DNA of 64,000 nucleotides from Steroidobacteraceae bacterium (GTDB taxonomy: Bacteria; Pseudomonadota; Gammaproteobacteria; Steroidobacterales; Steroidobacteraceae): assembly GCA_036263775.1 (NCBI GenBank), contig DATATA010000074.1:6782-70781 (forward strand), given 5' to 3'. The position numbers and the translations under genes are program-made. A model generated the notes under the pieces. It made no database searches, had not been told where the DNA came from, and saw only the letters and a program-made list of their open reading frames with translations. Each line of letters opens with the position of its first letter. The first letter of the stretch is position 1. This document shows positions 1 through 11,629 of this stretch, one piece after another.

Positions 1-1246
1 CATCGAGGAAGCACCGGCTCCCGGGTTGCGCGATGAGGTCCGGGCCGCAATGGCGCAATCGGCCGTCAAGTCGGCGCAGGCCGTGGGTTACGTAGGCGCG
101 GGGACGGTCGAATTTCTGGTCGATGAGGCCCAGGATTTCTATTTCATGGAAATGAACACTCGGCTGCAGGTCGAGCATCCGGTCACGGAATTGATCACCG
201 GAATCGATTTGGTCGAGTGGCAGTTGCGGATCGCACAGGGAGAGAGGCTGCCGCTCGCGCAATCCGAAATAAAACGGCGCGGCTGCTCGATCGAAGCGCG
301 ATTGTATGCGGAAGATCCCGCGCACGACTATTTGCCGAGCGTCGGCCGGATAGAGCATCTGCGATGGGCCGCGGCCTCCGCGGGATTGCGTCAAGACACC
401 GGAGTTGAGGCGGGCGATGAGGTATCGACCTATTACGATCCCATGCTCGGAAAAATCATCGCCTGGGGCGATTCGCGTTCCACGGCCATCGAGATTCTGC
501 AGCGCGCGCTGGGCGAGATCGAGATCGTGGGCGTTAGGACCAATCGGGCCCTGCTCTTGAGCGTGCTGGCCGATGAGGAGTTTCGGCGCGGCGCGGTGGC
601 CACGGACTTCCTCAATGTTCGCCGGCCGCACCTCAAGTTCGGCGACGCCGACGCGACCGACACGGATTTGGTGCTGGCGGCGGTGTGGTGCGCGGCGCGG
701 CGCACGGATGCCAATGCCTTATGGGCTGACACGCGCGGCTGGCGTCCCGCGTCGGCTTCGAGCACCGAGTGGCGCTTCGGATCATGCAGCGTCACGGTAG
801 AGCTGGCGGCCCCGGATCGATATCTGGCACGCACCGGCGGGAAGGAAATGACCGTGCAGGTGATTTGCCGCGGCGCAGAATCGTTAAGCGCAGAATGCGG
901 CGGGGAAGTGTGCACGGTTCACGTGTTCGAGGCGCATCCGGTGCTGCATCTTTTTCGGGATGGGCTGCATGCGGCGCTGAAGCCGGCGGGCACCGACGAT
1001 GCCTTGCAAGTGACCGGCGGGGCGGACGAGGGCTCGCTGCTCACGCCGCTGCCAGGCACCATCGTGGCGTTGCACGTCGCCGCCGGTGATCGCGTTGCAC
1101 GCGGAGCGCCGTTGGTCACGGTGGAGGCCATGAAGATGGAGCACACGCTGACGGCACCCTATGACGGCGTCGTGTCTCGAGTTGCGTTTGGATTGGCGGA
1201 TCGGGTTCAAGCCGGCGCGATACTGGTCGAACTTGCGCCGCTTTAG
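1..1246 (+). CDS. Biotin-dependent acyl-CoA carboxylase alpha subunit (3-methylcrotonyl-/propionyl-CoA carboxylase-like); 5' end lies outside the window
   Basis: The frame is open from position 2 (IEEAPAPGL...). ATP-grasp/biotin carboxylase C-terminal motifs are present (FMEMNTRLQVEHPVTE). The C-terminal biotinyl domain has the EAMKMEH motif. Confidence 0.85.
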   Translation, partial: IEEAPAPGLRDEVRAAMAQSAVKSAQAVGYVGAGTVEFLVDEAQDFYFMEMNTRLQVEHPVTELITGIDLVEWQLRIAQGERLPLAQSEIKRRGCSIEARLYAEDPAHDYLPSVGRIEHLRWAAASAGLRQDTGVEAGDEVSTYYDPMLGKIIAWGDSRSTAIEILQRALGEIEIVGVRTNRALLLSVLADEEFRRGAVATDFLNVRRPHLKFGDADATDTDLVLAAVWCAARRTDANALWADTRGWRPASASSTEWRFGSCSVTVELAAPDRYLARTGGKEMTVQVICRGAESLSAECGGEVCTVHVFEAHPVLHLFRDGLHAALKPAGTDDALQVTGGADEGSLLTPLPGTIVALHVAAGDRVARGAPLVTVEAMKMEHTLTAPYDGVVSRVAFGLADRVQAGAILVELAPL

Positions 1247-1252
1247 GCCTTT

Positions 1253-1309
1253 GAGCGTCAGGCGATCTGAGCGTCAGGCGATCTGGGCGTCAGGCGACCT
1301 GGGCGTCAG
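1253..1309. repeat. 16-bp tandem repeat, about 3.5 copies (GAGCGTCAGGCGATCT / GGGCGTCAGGCGACCT)
   Basis: Read directly: units at 1253-1268, 1269-1284 and 1285-1300, plus a partial unit at 1301-1309. It spans the convergent gene junction and the last codons of the minus-strand ATPase gene. Confidence 0.8.
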
Positions 1310-2903
1310 CAGCGGCTTCGAGCGCCGGCAGCGTCACCTTGAAACGGGTCTCCTGACTCAAGACGCTGGCGAGCGCAATTTTGCCGCCGGCCTCGTGCAC
1401 GTAGCGCCGCACCAGCGACATGCCGCTGCCATGTTTCGCATCGCCGCCCGAATCCGGCATGGTTGTGAAGCCCGACTTGAATATCAGTTTGATTGCCTGC
1501 CGGTCCCGCAGCTGGCGCGCGTCGTCCTCGCTCAGCAAACCCTTGGCAACGGCAACCTCGCGCACCTTGTCCGGGTCGATGCCCCGGCCATCGTCCTGAA
1601 ATTGCATTTCGAAGCCGCCGCCCGCCGCCGCATTGAATTCAAGTTCCAGGGTGGCAATTTCGGGCTTACCGGCTTGCTCCCGCTCGACCGCGGTCTCGAT
1701 GCCATGCACCACGGCATTGCGAATCAACTGGATGGCGACATTCTTCACGGTGGCTTGATAGCGGGCCGGAACCAGATCCAGGCCCTGGCACGAAAGCACG
1801 ATGTTCTTTTGACTCTCTTGCGCCACCAGATCGGTCAGCGTTGCGAGGGTGCTTTCGAGGCTGCCGACGGCGGCCATACGCTGCGCCAACGCAGGGGCCG
1901 CGTGCCACGCCAGCTCCGCCAAGAATTTCGGGGCTTCGATGATTTGCGTGCCATTTTCCGTGACGCGCGCCTCCGGCGCCGCAACCTCGGCTTCGCGCGA
2001 AGGTCCCGCTTGCGAAGTGAGCGAACGCAGCAAGGCAAATTGTCCGTATAAGGAATCGAGCTTGACGGCCAAGGGCAGAAAGTCGCCGCCGCTCAAGTTT
2101 TCGCGGCTGCGCAATTCCTGCAGCGCATCTTCGAAGTCGCGCGCGGCGCGCTGCAGTCCGGATAACTTGAGTGCCGCCGCATCGCGGCGTATGCGGTCGA
2201 CTTCCTCGAGAGTCTCCTCGAGCTTGTGACGAAATGCCCCGGCTTCACGTGCCGGCTTTTTCAGCACGCCGTTGATGGTTTTCATCGATTCGTCGGTCCG
2301 CTGCAGGAAGGCCCCGAAGCGCGTGCCTCCGGCCTGCAGCACGCTGCGCAGGATTTCGCCTTGCGTAAGCACGTGGACGCGCAGGTCTTCCAATTCCCGC
2401 AGCTCCTGCACACGCGCGGTAATGTCGGTAACCCGAACCATCCAGGAACGCGGTTCTTGCGGGATCTCGACGCTGCTGAATTCGAAGGAATAATGTGCGG
2501 TGGAGTGGCTGCCGTCCGTATTCGTCAATTTCACCTCCACGTCCTGAAGCGGATTGGCCGCCTCGGCCTCGCCGCGCGCGCTTTCGAGCAGGCGCGTCAT
2601 GTGGGTTCGCACGACGCTCAAGGTCTTCGCGGATACCAACGGACCGATCAATTTCTCGACGGTGAGATTGGCGAATTCCTGGCGGCGAAACAGAGCGCCC
2701 AAGGATGCCGAGACTTGCGGCTGAATCCTGCCTTTCGAGTCCATCAGAAACAGGCCGATGGAGCTGGTCTTCAGAACGGCATCGGTCAGCCTGCTGCTGG
2801 CCTCGAGAAGTTCCTGTTTTTCGCGCTCGTGGCGTTTAACGGAGATGAACATGGCTTTTACAGGGTGCCAAAGCGCAGGCACGCGGGGGATGATGGGTTT
2901 CAC
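1290..2903 (-). CDS. CheA-like histidine-kinase-type ATPase (HATPase_c) with an upstream Hpt-like helical region
   Basis: N box IQLIRNAVVHGIE, G1 DDGRGID, F box IFKSGFTT, G2 GSGMSLVRRYV. It lies directly downstream of the receiver-Ser/Thr kinase gene on the same strand. Confidence 0.7.
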   Translation of the reverse strand: MKPIIPRVPALWHPVKAMFISVKRHEREKQELLEASSRLTDAVLKTSSIGLFLMDSKGRIQPQVSASLGALFRRQEFANLTVEKLIGPLVSAKTLSVVRTHMTRLLESARGEAEAANPLQDVEVKLTNTDGSHSTAHYSFEFSSVEIPQEPRSWMVRVTDITARVQELRELEDLRVHVLTQGEILRSVLQAGGTRFGAFLQRTDESMKTINGVLKKPAREAGAFRHKLEETLEEVDRIRRDAAALKLSGLQRAARDFEDALQELRSRENLSGGDFLPLAVKLDSLYGQFALLRSLTSQAGPSREAEVAAPEARVTENGTQIIEAPKFLAELAWHAAPALAQRMAAVGSLESTLATLTDLVAQESQKNIVLSCQGLDLVPARYQATVKNVAIQLIRNAVVHGIETAVEREQAGKPEIATLELEFNAAAGGGFEMQFQDDGRGIDPDKVREVAVAKGLLSEDDARQLRDRQAIKLIFKSGFTTMPDSGGDAKHGSGMSLVRRYVHEAGGKIALASVLSQETRFKVTLPALEAAADAQVA

Positions 2904-2979
2904 AGCCTAGGGCAGGCGATTTACTTATTGTTCGTTGCCGAGGCGCTCTGTGACGCGCATCACGCTATGGGTGATTCGC

Positions 2980-4230
2980 TTACGCGACGGCGGCGATGGG
3001 ACCTAGATCCGCGAGCAGCTCATCGGCGGATGCATAGCGGGCGCTCTGCTGTTTGGCCATGAGCCGATCGAGCAGCGGCTGCTGCATGGAGGTAGCTTCG
3101 GGCAACTGGGGCACCGGCGAACTGGTGTGCTGCGACATGATCGCCACGGCGCTGCGGCCCGCGTAGGGTCTCTGGCCCGTGAGCATCTCGTAGAACATGA
3201 CGCCCAAGCTGTACAGGTCGGTGCGCACATCCACGCGCTGACCCTGTGCCTGCTCGGGGCTGATGTAGTAAGGAGACCCGAGCACCTGGCCGACGCCGGT
3301 GTTGCCGATTTCATCGAGCGAACGGCGCGCCAGCCCGAAATCGATCAGCACGGGCGAATTGTCCTCGCGCAGCATGACGTTCGCGGGCTTGAGGTCGCGG
3401 TGCAAGATCCCAAAGACGTGAATGACCCTCAGCGCTTCGGCGATGGCGCGCAGATAATAGAGGCTCTCATCCACGCTCAACGGATTGCGCAAACGATCGC
3501 GCAGGTCGCCGCATGGAAAATATTCCATCGCGAGGTATAAGTGCCCGGGCTGGGAACCAAAGTCGTGAATCTCGGCGATGGCGCGATGCGTGATGCTGGA
3601 GATGATCTCGTATTCACGCTGGAACCGCTCGGCATCGCCCAGTTCCCGTTCCGATTCCCCACGGTTCATCACTTTGAGTACCACATTTCTGCGCAAGCGC
3701 TCGCTGCGTGCGAGGAACACGGATGAGAAATTGCTGGTGGCAATTTCCTTGACGATGGAATAGCCGGACACCTCGATAATGGTCGAATTTTCACTCTGCG
3801 CCATCATGGCGGCCGCTTGAGCGGCAATGCGGCGTTTGGAGCAGGCTTCGCCCACCGCGGCAAGCAGCTGATCCTTGGTGATTTGCGCCAACGGCAGATA
3901 ATCCTTGGCGCCGCCCTTCAGCGCCCGGACGGCCGACAACTCATTGCCATTGTCCGCGAGCAAAATGCAATAGAGCGCGGGCTGCATGCGCAGCAGCTGG
4001 CCCAAGGTGGCGAGAACTGCCTCGGCCAATGCCTCATTGGCGAAATCGGCTTGCAAGATGACGGCATCCGGGGTGCGTTCGCTGATCAGCCGGCTCAAGG
4101 GCGCGGATTCGCCGGCCCGCAGGGTTGTCACCTGCGCGCTCGGCCAGTGGCTTGTCACGTGATGAGTGAGCCATTGGATGCGTTTGGTATCGCCCCCCAC
4201 GACCACCAAGATTGGACCCACGTCTGCCAT
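2980..4230 (-). CDS. Ser/Thr protein kinase with an N-terminal receiver (REC)-like domain
   Basis: Hanks kinase motifs: VVLKV (catalytic Lys), HRDLKPANVML, DFGLAR, GSPYYISPEQ. The N-terminal ~130 aa look like a CheY fold (ILVVVGGD..., AVILQADF..., KGGAKDYL). Confidence 0.85.
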   Translation of the reverse strand: MADVGPILVVVGGDTKRIQWLTHHVTSHWPSAQVTTLRAGESAPLSRLISERTPDAVILQADFANEALAEAVLATLGQLLRMQPALYCILLADNGNELSAVRALKGGAKDYLPLAQITKDQLLAAVGEACSKRRIAAQAAAMMAQSENSTIIEVSGYSIVKEIATSNFSSVFLARSERLRRNVVLKVMNRGESERELGDAERFQREYEIISSITHRAIAEIHDFGSQPGHLYLAMEYFPCGDLRDRLRNPLSVDESLYYLRAIAEALRVIHVFGILHRDLKPANVMLREDNSPVLIDFGLARRSLDEIGNTGVGQVLGSPYYISPEQAQGQRVDVRTDLYSLGVMFYEMLTGQRPYAGRSAVAIMSQHTSSPVPQLPEATSMQQPLLDRLMAKQQSARYASADELLADLGPIAAVA

Positions 4231-4410
4231 GCCGATAAGGGTAGTCGCTGATACCCCCGCATACCCGTGGGGAATTCACATTTCGGCGCCCCAGGCGCGC
4301 AGATACCTTGAAAAATACCCCGTTTAGCCTGGAAAATTGAAACCAACACCCCAGTTCAGGGGTCAGTCAATTCAATCCAGAATCATTCTTGGCCTAAAGG
4401 ACGTATTTCA

Positions 4411-5871
4411 ATGGGAAGCATCAGAACTTGGTCGCTCGCCGCGGTCGCGGGCATCTTTGTAATGATCGTAGCTCATCAGCGCTCGGACGCCGGCGCCGGG
4501 TCTGCGCCGGCCGCGCAGGTGGCGGCTCTAGCACCCGCAAGCTCATCGCCTGCCCGGGTGACAGGCCTGCCGGATTTTTCGGGTCTGGTCGCCGAGGCGG
4601 GCGGCGCGGTCGTGAACGTCAGCGTCACGGAAAAACCGCAGAAGGTGCCCGGATTAAACAATCAAGGAGACGGCGACGATCCGCTGTCGCAATTCTTCCG
4701 CCGCTTCCAGGCACCCGGGCCGGAGCGTGCACCGCCGAGCAAAGGTCTCGGCTCAGGATTCATCGTGAGTCCGGATGGCTACATATTGACCAACGCGCAT
4801 GTGGTTTCCGACGCTTCCGAAGTCACAGTGACGCTCACGGACCGTCGGGAATTCAGCGCCAAAGTCGTCGGCATCGACAAGGCCAGCGATGTGGCATTGA
4901 TCAAAATTGCCGCGACCGGCCTGTCCATTGTGCGTTTCGGCGACCCCGCGAAGCTGCGGCCGGGCCAATGGGCCATTGCCATTGGTTCGCCGTTCGGATT
5001 CGAGAACAGCGTGACGGCCGGCGTCATCAGCGCGATAGGCCGTCCGTTGACCGACGGCAGCAACTCCAGCTATGTGAATTTCATTCAAACCGACGCGGCC
5101 GTAAACCCGGGCAATTCCGGCGGCCCGCTCTTCAACATCGACGGCGAGGTCATCGGCATCAACTCGCAGATCTACAGCCGCACCGGCGGCTACATGGGCG
5201 TCTCCTTTGCCATACCGATCGACATGGCGCTCAATGTGAAGGATCAGCTGCAGAAAAGCGGCAAAGTGATTCGCAGCCGCATCGGCGTGTCGGTACAGGA
5301 TATTCGCCAGCAGCTGGCGCTGTCCTTCGGTCTCTCTTCGCCGCACGGCGCACTGATCAGCGGGGTGGATCCCACCGGCCCCGGCGAGAAGGCCGGGTTG
5401 AAGGCAGGCGATGTGATTACCGCCGTGAACGGGCGAAATATCGATCATTCCTGGGACCTGCCCGTCATCATTGCCCAACTGCCTCCCGGCAGCACGGCGC
5501 GGCTGGGAATTTGGCACGATCGCAAAGCCACGGAAGTCAACGTCAAAACCGTGTTGCTGGAGGATTCGGGCACGCAAGTCGCGAAAGCCCAGAGCGAAGA
5601 CGGCGGCGGCAAGCTTGGGCTGGTGCTGCGCTCGCTGCAGCCCAACGAACAACAGGAATTGCATACCAAGGGCCGTCTGCTGGTCGAGGACGTCAGCGGG
5701 CCGGCGCTGGCCGCCGGCTTGCAGCCGGGAGACGTGGTGCTGGGAGTCAACGGAGTGGGGGTCGCGACCGTGGCGGACTTGAAACGCGAGATTGCGCGGG
5801 CGGGACACAATGTCGCCTTGTTGGTGCAGCGCGAAGACGCCCAATCCTATTTCCCCATCGATGTCGGGTGA
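4411..5871 (+). CDS. Periplasmic serine endoprotease, DegP/DegQ/MucD (HtrA) family, with two PDZ domains
   Basis: Signal peptide, catalytic His (TNAHVV) and Asp (DVALIK), GNSGGPL serine motif, and two PDZ-like segments (GDVITAVNG, GDVVLGVNG). Confidence 0.9.
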   Translation: MGSIRTWSLAAVAGIFVMIVAHQRSDAGAGSAPAAQVAALAPASSSPARVTGLPDFSGLVAEAGGAVVNVSVTEKPQKVPGLNNQGDGDDPLSQFFRRFQAPGPERAPPSKGLGSGFIVSPDGYILTNAHVVSDASEVTVTLTDRREFSAKVVGIDKASDVALIKIAATGLSIVRFGDPAKLRPGQWAIAIGSPFGFENSVTAGVISAIGRPLTDGSNSSYVNFIQTDAAVNPGNSGGPLFNIDGEVIGINSQIYSRTGGYMGVSFAIPIDMALNVKDQLQKSGKVIRSRIGVSVQDIRQQLALSFGLSSPHGALISGVDPTGPGEKAGLKAGDVITAVNGRNIDHSWDLPVIIAQLPPGSTARLGIWHDRKATEVNVKTVLLEDSGTQVAKAQSEDGGGKLGLVLRSLQPNEQQELHTKGRLLVEDVSGPALAAGLQPGDVVLGVNGVGVATVADLKREIARAGHNVALLVQREDAQSYFPIDVG

Positions 5872-5893
5872 TGGGTTTCGTTGTACTTAAGCC

Positions 5894-8065
<2,172 letters not shown>

Positions 8066-8209
8066 AACTCAAACGGAATCGCTTGCCAGCCTCCCTTTAG
8101 TACGATTAGAGTTTTAGGCTGTCCAGCGGCTTGCCGCCGCATTTCAATAACATTTGCCGCTTTAAGGAGCGCGAGGAACGCCGAGGGTAGCTTCAGGCGC
8201 GTGTGCAGA

Positions 8210-10681
8210 ATGGATAAGTGGGTAGTCCATAAATTTGGGGGTTCCAGCGTCGCGGACGCTGCCTGCTTTCGCCGGGTGGCAGAAATCGTCGAGGCGTCGC
8301 CAAACCCTCGCGAAGCCATTGTGCTGTCCGCCTGCCGCGGCGTTACCGACGCGCTGCTCGAACTGGTCGCGCTGGCTGAACAACCCAAGAAGGAATTCGG
8401 GCCGGCAATCCGCGCACTGAAGGCGAGGCACCTGGACCTTGCCGCCGAACTGATATCGAAACCAGCCTACGAAAGCTACAAGGCGCAATTCGAGCGAGAT
8501 TGCTTGGACATCGCCGGCATGCTGCAGACCGTGCGGCTCATCCGATCCTCGACCTACTCGATGCGCGATGTCATCGCCGGCTTCGGGGAAATATGGTCCA
8601 CGCGCGTGTTCGCGCCTTTCTTGAGGGAGCGCGCTCGGATCAGCGGCGACGTCCTGTGGGTCGACGCTCGCGAAGTCATCATCATCGAATGGGGATCGCT
8701 GGGGCCCGCGGTGCAATGGGCGGCCAGCGAAGCCAACCTGCAAAAGATAGTCCCGCCGAATTTTTCCGGCCGCCTCATAGTGACCGGTTTCGTCGCGACC
8801 ACGACCAAAGGCAAGCAGACCACGCTGGGCCGCAACGGCAGCGATTTTTCGGGCTCCATTTTCGGCTCGCTCCTGGATGCGATCGAAATCATCATCTGGA
8901 CGGACGTCGACGGAGTGCTGTCGGCGGACCCGCGCTTGGTGCCGAATGCGCAGGTTATTGACCAGCTTTCCTACAACGAGGCGATGGAGCTGGCTTACTT
9001 TGGGGCCAAGGTCATTCATCCGCAGACCATGGCGCCGGCGGTGGCGCGCGACATCCCGATTTTCATCCGCAATACCTTCGCGCCGCAGAAGCGCGGCACC
9101 CTGATCTGCGCCAACCCGGTTTCCGCGCTGAAAGTCAAAGGCATCACGAGCATCGACCCGGTCGCACTGGTGAATCTCGAGGGCGCGGGCATGATCGGCG
9201 TACCCGGCACGGCGCATCGCTTGTTCGGTGCGCTGCGCGATTCCGGCATCTCGGTGATTCTCATTTCACAGGGCAGTTCGGAGCATTCCATTTGTTTTGC
9301 CATTCCCGAAGAGCAAGCCGTGCGCGCCGAAGAGGCGGTGCGGCGCGCCTTCGATGCCGAATTGCGCGACGGACAGATTCAGCATGTCGATATCGGGCTC
9401 GGCATGAGTATTCTGGCGGTCGTCGGCGACGGCATGGCCGGCGCACACGGCGTCGCGGCGAAGGTCTTCAATTCCCTCGGGGACGCCGCGATCAGCGTGC
9501 GCGCAATCGCGCAAGGGGCTTCGGAGCGCAACATCTCGGTCGTCGTCGACGGCAAGGGAGCGGCCAGAGCCCTGCGGGCAGTACACGCCGCCTTTTATCT
9601 TTCGCCCAACACCCTGTCCATCGGCTTGATCGGGCCCGGCACGGTGGGACGCGTGCTGCTGGCACAAATCGCCACGCAGATCGATCGGCTGCGGGAACTG
9701 AATCTGGACCTTCGGGTGCGCGGAATCGCCAGTTCGAAGCGCATGCTGCTCGAGGAGACCTCGGTGGACTTGAGCCGCTGGGCCGAGCGCATGGCGGAGG
9801 CGGGCGAGCCATTGGATCTTCAAAAATTCGTCAGCCATGTACAAGCGGACTACGTGCCGCACACGGTGCTGATCGATTGCACGGCGAGCGCCGAGGTTGC
9901 CGATCAATACAGCGATTGGCTGTCGCGCGGCATCCACATCGTGACGCCGAACAAGAAGGCAAACAGCGGCACGCTGCCGTATTACCGATCGCTGCACGAG
10001 GCAAAGCGGGCGGCGGGCACTCACTATTTGTATGAAGCCACGGTGGGCGCGGGACTGCCCATCATCCAGACGCTGCGCGATCTGCGCGGTACCGGCGACG
10101 ACATCACGCAGATCGAGGGGATCTTTTCCGGGACGCTGGCGTATCTGTTCAATGTTTTCGACGGCAGCGAGTCCTTCTCCTCGATCGTCCGCGCCGCGAA
10201 GGCGAAGGGCTATACGGAGCCTGACCCGCGCGACGACTTGTCGGGCATGGATGTCGCGCGCAAGCTGATTATTCTCGCCCGCGAAATGGGCCTGACCCTC
10301 GAGATGTCCGACGTTCAAGTCGAAGGCCTGGTGCCCGCGGCGCTGACACTGTGCAGCGTCGAGGAGTTCATGGCGCGCCTGCCGGAGTCCGACGCCGCCA
10401 TGGCGGCCGCACTGGACGAGGCGCGCAAGAAAGCTCAGGTGCTGCGTTATGTCGGCCGCATCGACGCCGCCGGCAGGGCGACGGTGGGCTTGATGCGGCT
10501 GGACGCCAAGCATGCTTTTGCGAATATCGCGCTCACGGACAACGTGGTGCGCTTCGCTACGCGCCGTTACTGCGACAACCCGCTGATCGTTCAGGGACCG
10601 GGAGCCGGCCCCGAAGTGACCGCGGCGGGGGTATTTTCCGATCTATTGCGCTTGTCCGCCTATCTCGGCGCGCACATTTAG
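8210..10681 (+). CDS. thrA: Bifunctional aspartokinase / homoserine dehydrogenase
   Basis: KFGGSSVA kinase N-terminus, ACT region, and a C-terminal homoserine dehydrogenase domain (GLIGPGTVG, ...EATVGAGLPII). It is followed by thrB and thrC. I prefer the ATG at 8210 over the GTG at 8201. Confidence 0.92.
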   Translation: MDKWVVHKFGGSSVADAACFRRVAEIVEASPNPREAIVLSACRGVTDALLELVALAEQPKKEFGPAIRALKARHLDLAAELISKPAYESYKAQFERDCLDIAGMLQTVRLIRSSTYSMRDVIAGFGEIWSTRVFAPFLRERARISGDVLWVDAREVIIIEWGSLGPAVQWAASEANLQKIVPPNFSGRLIVTGFVATTTKGKQTTLGRNGSDFSGSIFGSLLDAIEIIIWTDVDGVLSADPRLVPNAQVIDQLSYNEAMELAYFGAKVIHPQTMAPAVARDIPIFIRNTFAPQKRGTLICANPVSALKVKGITSIDPVALVNLEGAGMIGVPGTAHRLFGALRDSGISVILISQGSSEHSICFAIPEEQAVRAEEAVRRAFDAELRDGQIQHVDIGLGMSILAVVGDGMAGAHGVAAKVFNSLGDAAISVRAIAQGASERNISVVVDGKGAARALRAVHAAFYLSPNTLSIGLIGPGTVGRVLLAQIATQIDRLRELNLDLRVRGIASSKRMLLEETSVDLSRWAERMAEAGEPLDLQKFVSHVQADYVPHTVLIDCTASAEVADQYSDWLSRGIHIVTPNKKANSGTLPYYRSLHEAKRAAGTHYLYEATVGAGLPIIQTLRDLRGTGDDITQIEGIFSGTLAYLFNVFDGSESFSSIVRAAKAKGYTEPDPRDDLSGMDVARKLIILAREMGLTLEMSDVQVEGLVPAALTLCSVEEFMARLPESDAAMAAALDEARKKAQVLRYVGRIDAAGRATVGLMRLDAKHAFANIALTDNVVRFATRRYCDNPLIVQGPGAGPEVTAAGVFSDLLRLSAYLGAHI

Positions 10682-10696
10682 CAGCGAGGATTTTAA

Positions 10697-11629
10697 GTGC
10701 TCACGGACGTTACCGCCTTTGCGCCCGCCACCGTCGCCAATGTCGGCATTGGATTCGATATTTTGGGTCATGCGGTGGATGAGGTCGGCGACCGGGTGCG
10801 GATCCGCCGCATCGAAGAGAACGAGGTTCGAATACTCTCCATTACCGGCGTGGCGGGCGACCTGCCGGTGGAGCCGCAGCGGAACACGGCCGGCCGAGCG
10901 GTGCAAGCCATGCATGCCGCCTTGTCGCCGGGCTTTGGCTTCGAATTGGAAATAGAAAAGGGCATTCCGTTGGGATCCGGAATGGGCGGGTCGGCGGCCT
11001 CCGCCGTGGCGGCCGTCGTCGCGGCCAATGCGTTGCTGCATGCGCCGGCACCTCAAGTTCAGCTGCTGAAATTTGCGATGGAGGGCGAAATAGTCGCGAG
11101 CGGTGCTGCGCACATCGACAACATCGCGCCATGCTTGTACGGCGGCCTGACTCTCACCGTTGGCATCGACAATCCGCGGGTGAAGCAGATTCCGGTGCCG
11201 CGCGGATTGCGATGCGTGCTGGTGCATCCGCATATGTACCTCGGGACGCGCGAGGCTCGTGCCATCCTCAATATCAATGTGAGCCGTTCGGATTTTGTTT
11301 GGCAAAGCGCCAACCTTGCCGGCTTCATCAGCGGCTGCTATTCCAATGACCTGGAGATGATTCGCGAGTCCTTCAATGACGTGATCATCGAACCCCAGCG
11401 CCACTCGCTCATCCCGGGCTTCAAGGATGTGCAGCGTGCCGCCATGTCGGCCGGCGCGCTCGGCTGCTCGATCTCAGGCGCCGGCCCCGCGGTCTTCGCC
11501 TGGTCGGCGATTCAACACGCCGAGGCGGTGCGCGGCGCCATGGTGGCGGCCTTTGCCGTGCATGAATTGCAGGCCGATTCCTGGGTTTCTCTGATGCAGA
11601 ACTACGGTGCCCGGGTGGTAAAGGCCTGA
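10697..11629 (+). CDS. thrB: Homoserine kinase
   Basis: GHMP kinase motif PLGSGMGGSAASAV and N-terminal APATVANVGIGFDILG. It sits between thrA and thrC. Confidence 0.9.
   Translation: MLTDVTAFAPATVANVGIGFDILGHAVDEVGDRVRIRRIEENEVRILSITGVAGDLPVEPQRNTAGRAVQAMHAALSPGFGFELEIEKGIPLGSGMGGSAASAVAAVVAANALLHAPAPQVQLLKFAMEGEIVASGAAHIDNIAPCLYGGLTLTVGIDNPRVKQIPVPRGLRCVLVHPHMYLGTREARAILNINVSRSDFVWQSANLAGFISGCYSNDLEMIRESFNDVIIEPQRHSLIPGFKDVQRAAMSAGALGCSISGAGPAVFAWSAIQHAEAVRGAMVAAFAVHELQADSWVSLMQNYGARVVKA

Noticed and set aside
1253-1309. CRISPR-like repeat array
   Set aside because: The units are directly tandem, with no spacers, and only 16 bp long. There are no cas genes anywhere in the window.
4231-4410. 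Sigma-E (AlgU/RpoE) promoter upstream of degP/mucD
   Set aside because: There are only weak resemblances to GAACTT-N16-TCTGA (for example GAAACC...GGTCA). That is not enough to annotate.
8066-8209. thr operon leader peptide / attenuator upstream of thrA
   Set aside because: No short ORF enriched in Thr/Ile codons and no terminator/antiterminator hairpin pair could be found by eye.
9266-10513. 415-aa ORF antisense to thrA
   Set aside because: Shadow ORF in GC-rich coding DNA. No motifs, and it lies entirely inside a strongly supported gene. The same reasoning applies to 6869..8023, 8162..9217, 32147..33193 and 57419..58525.
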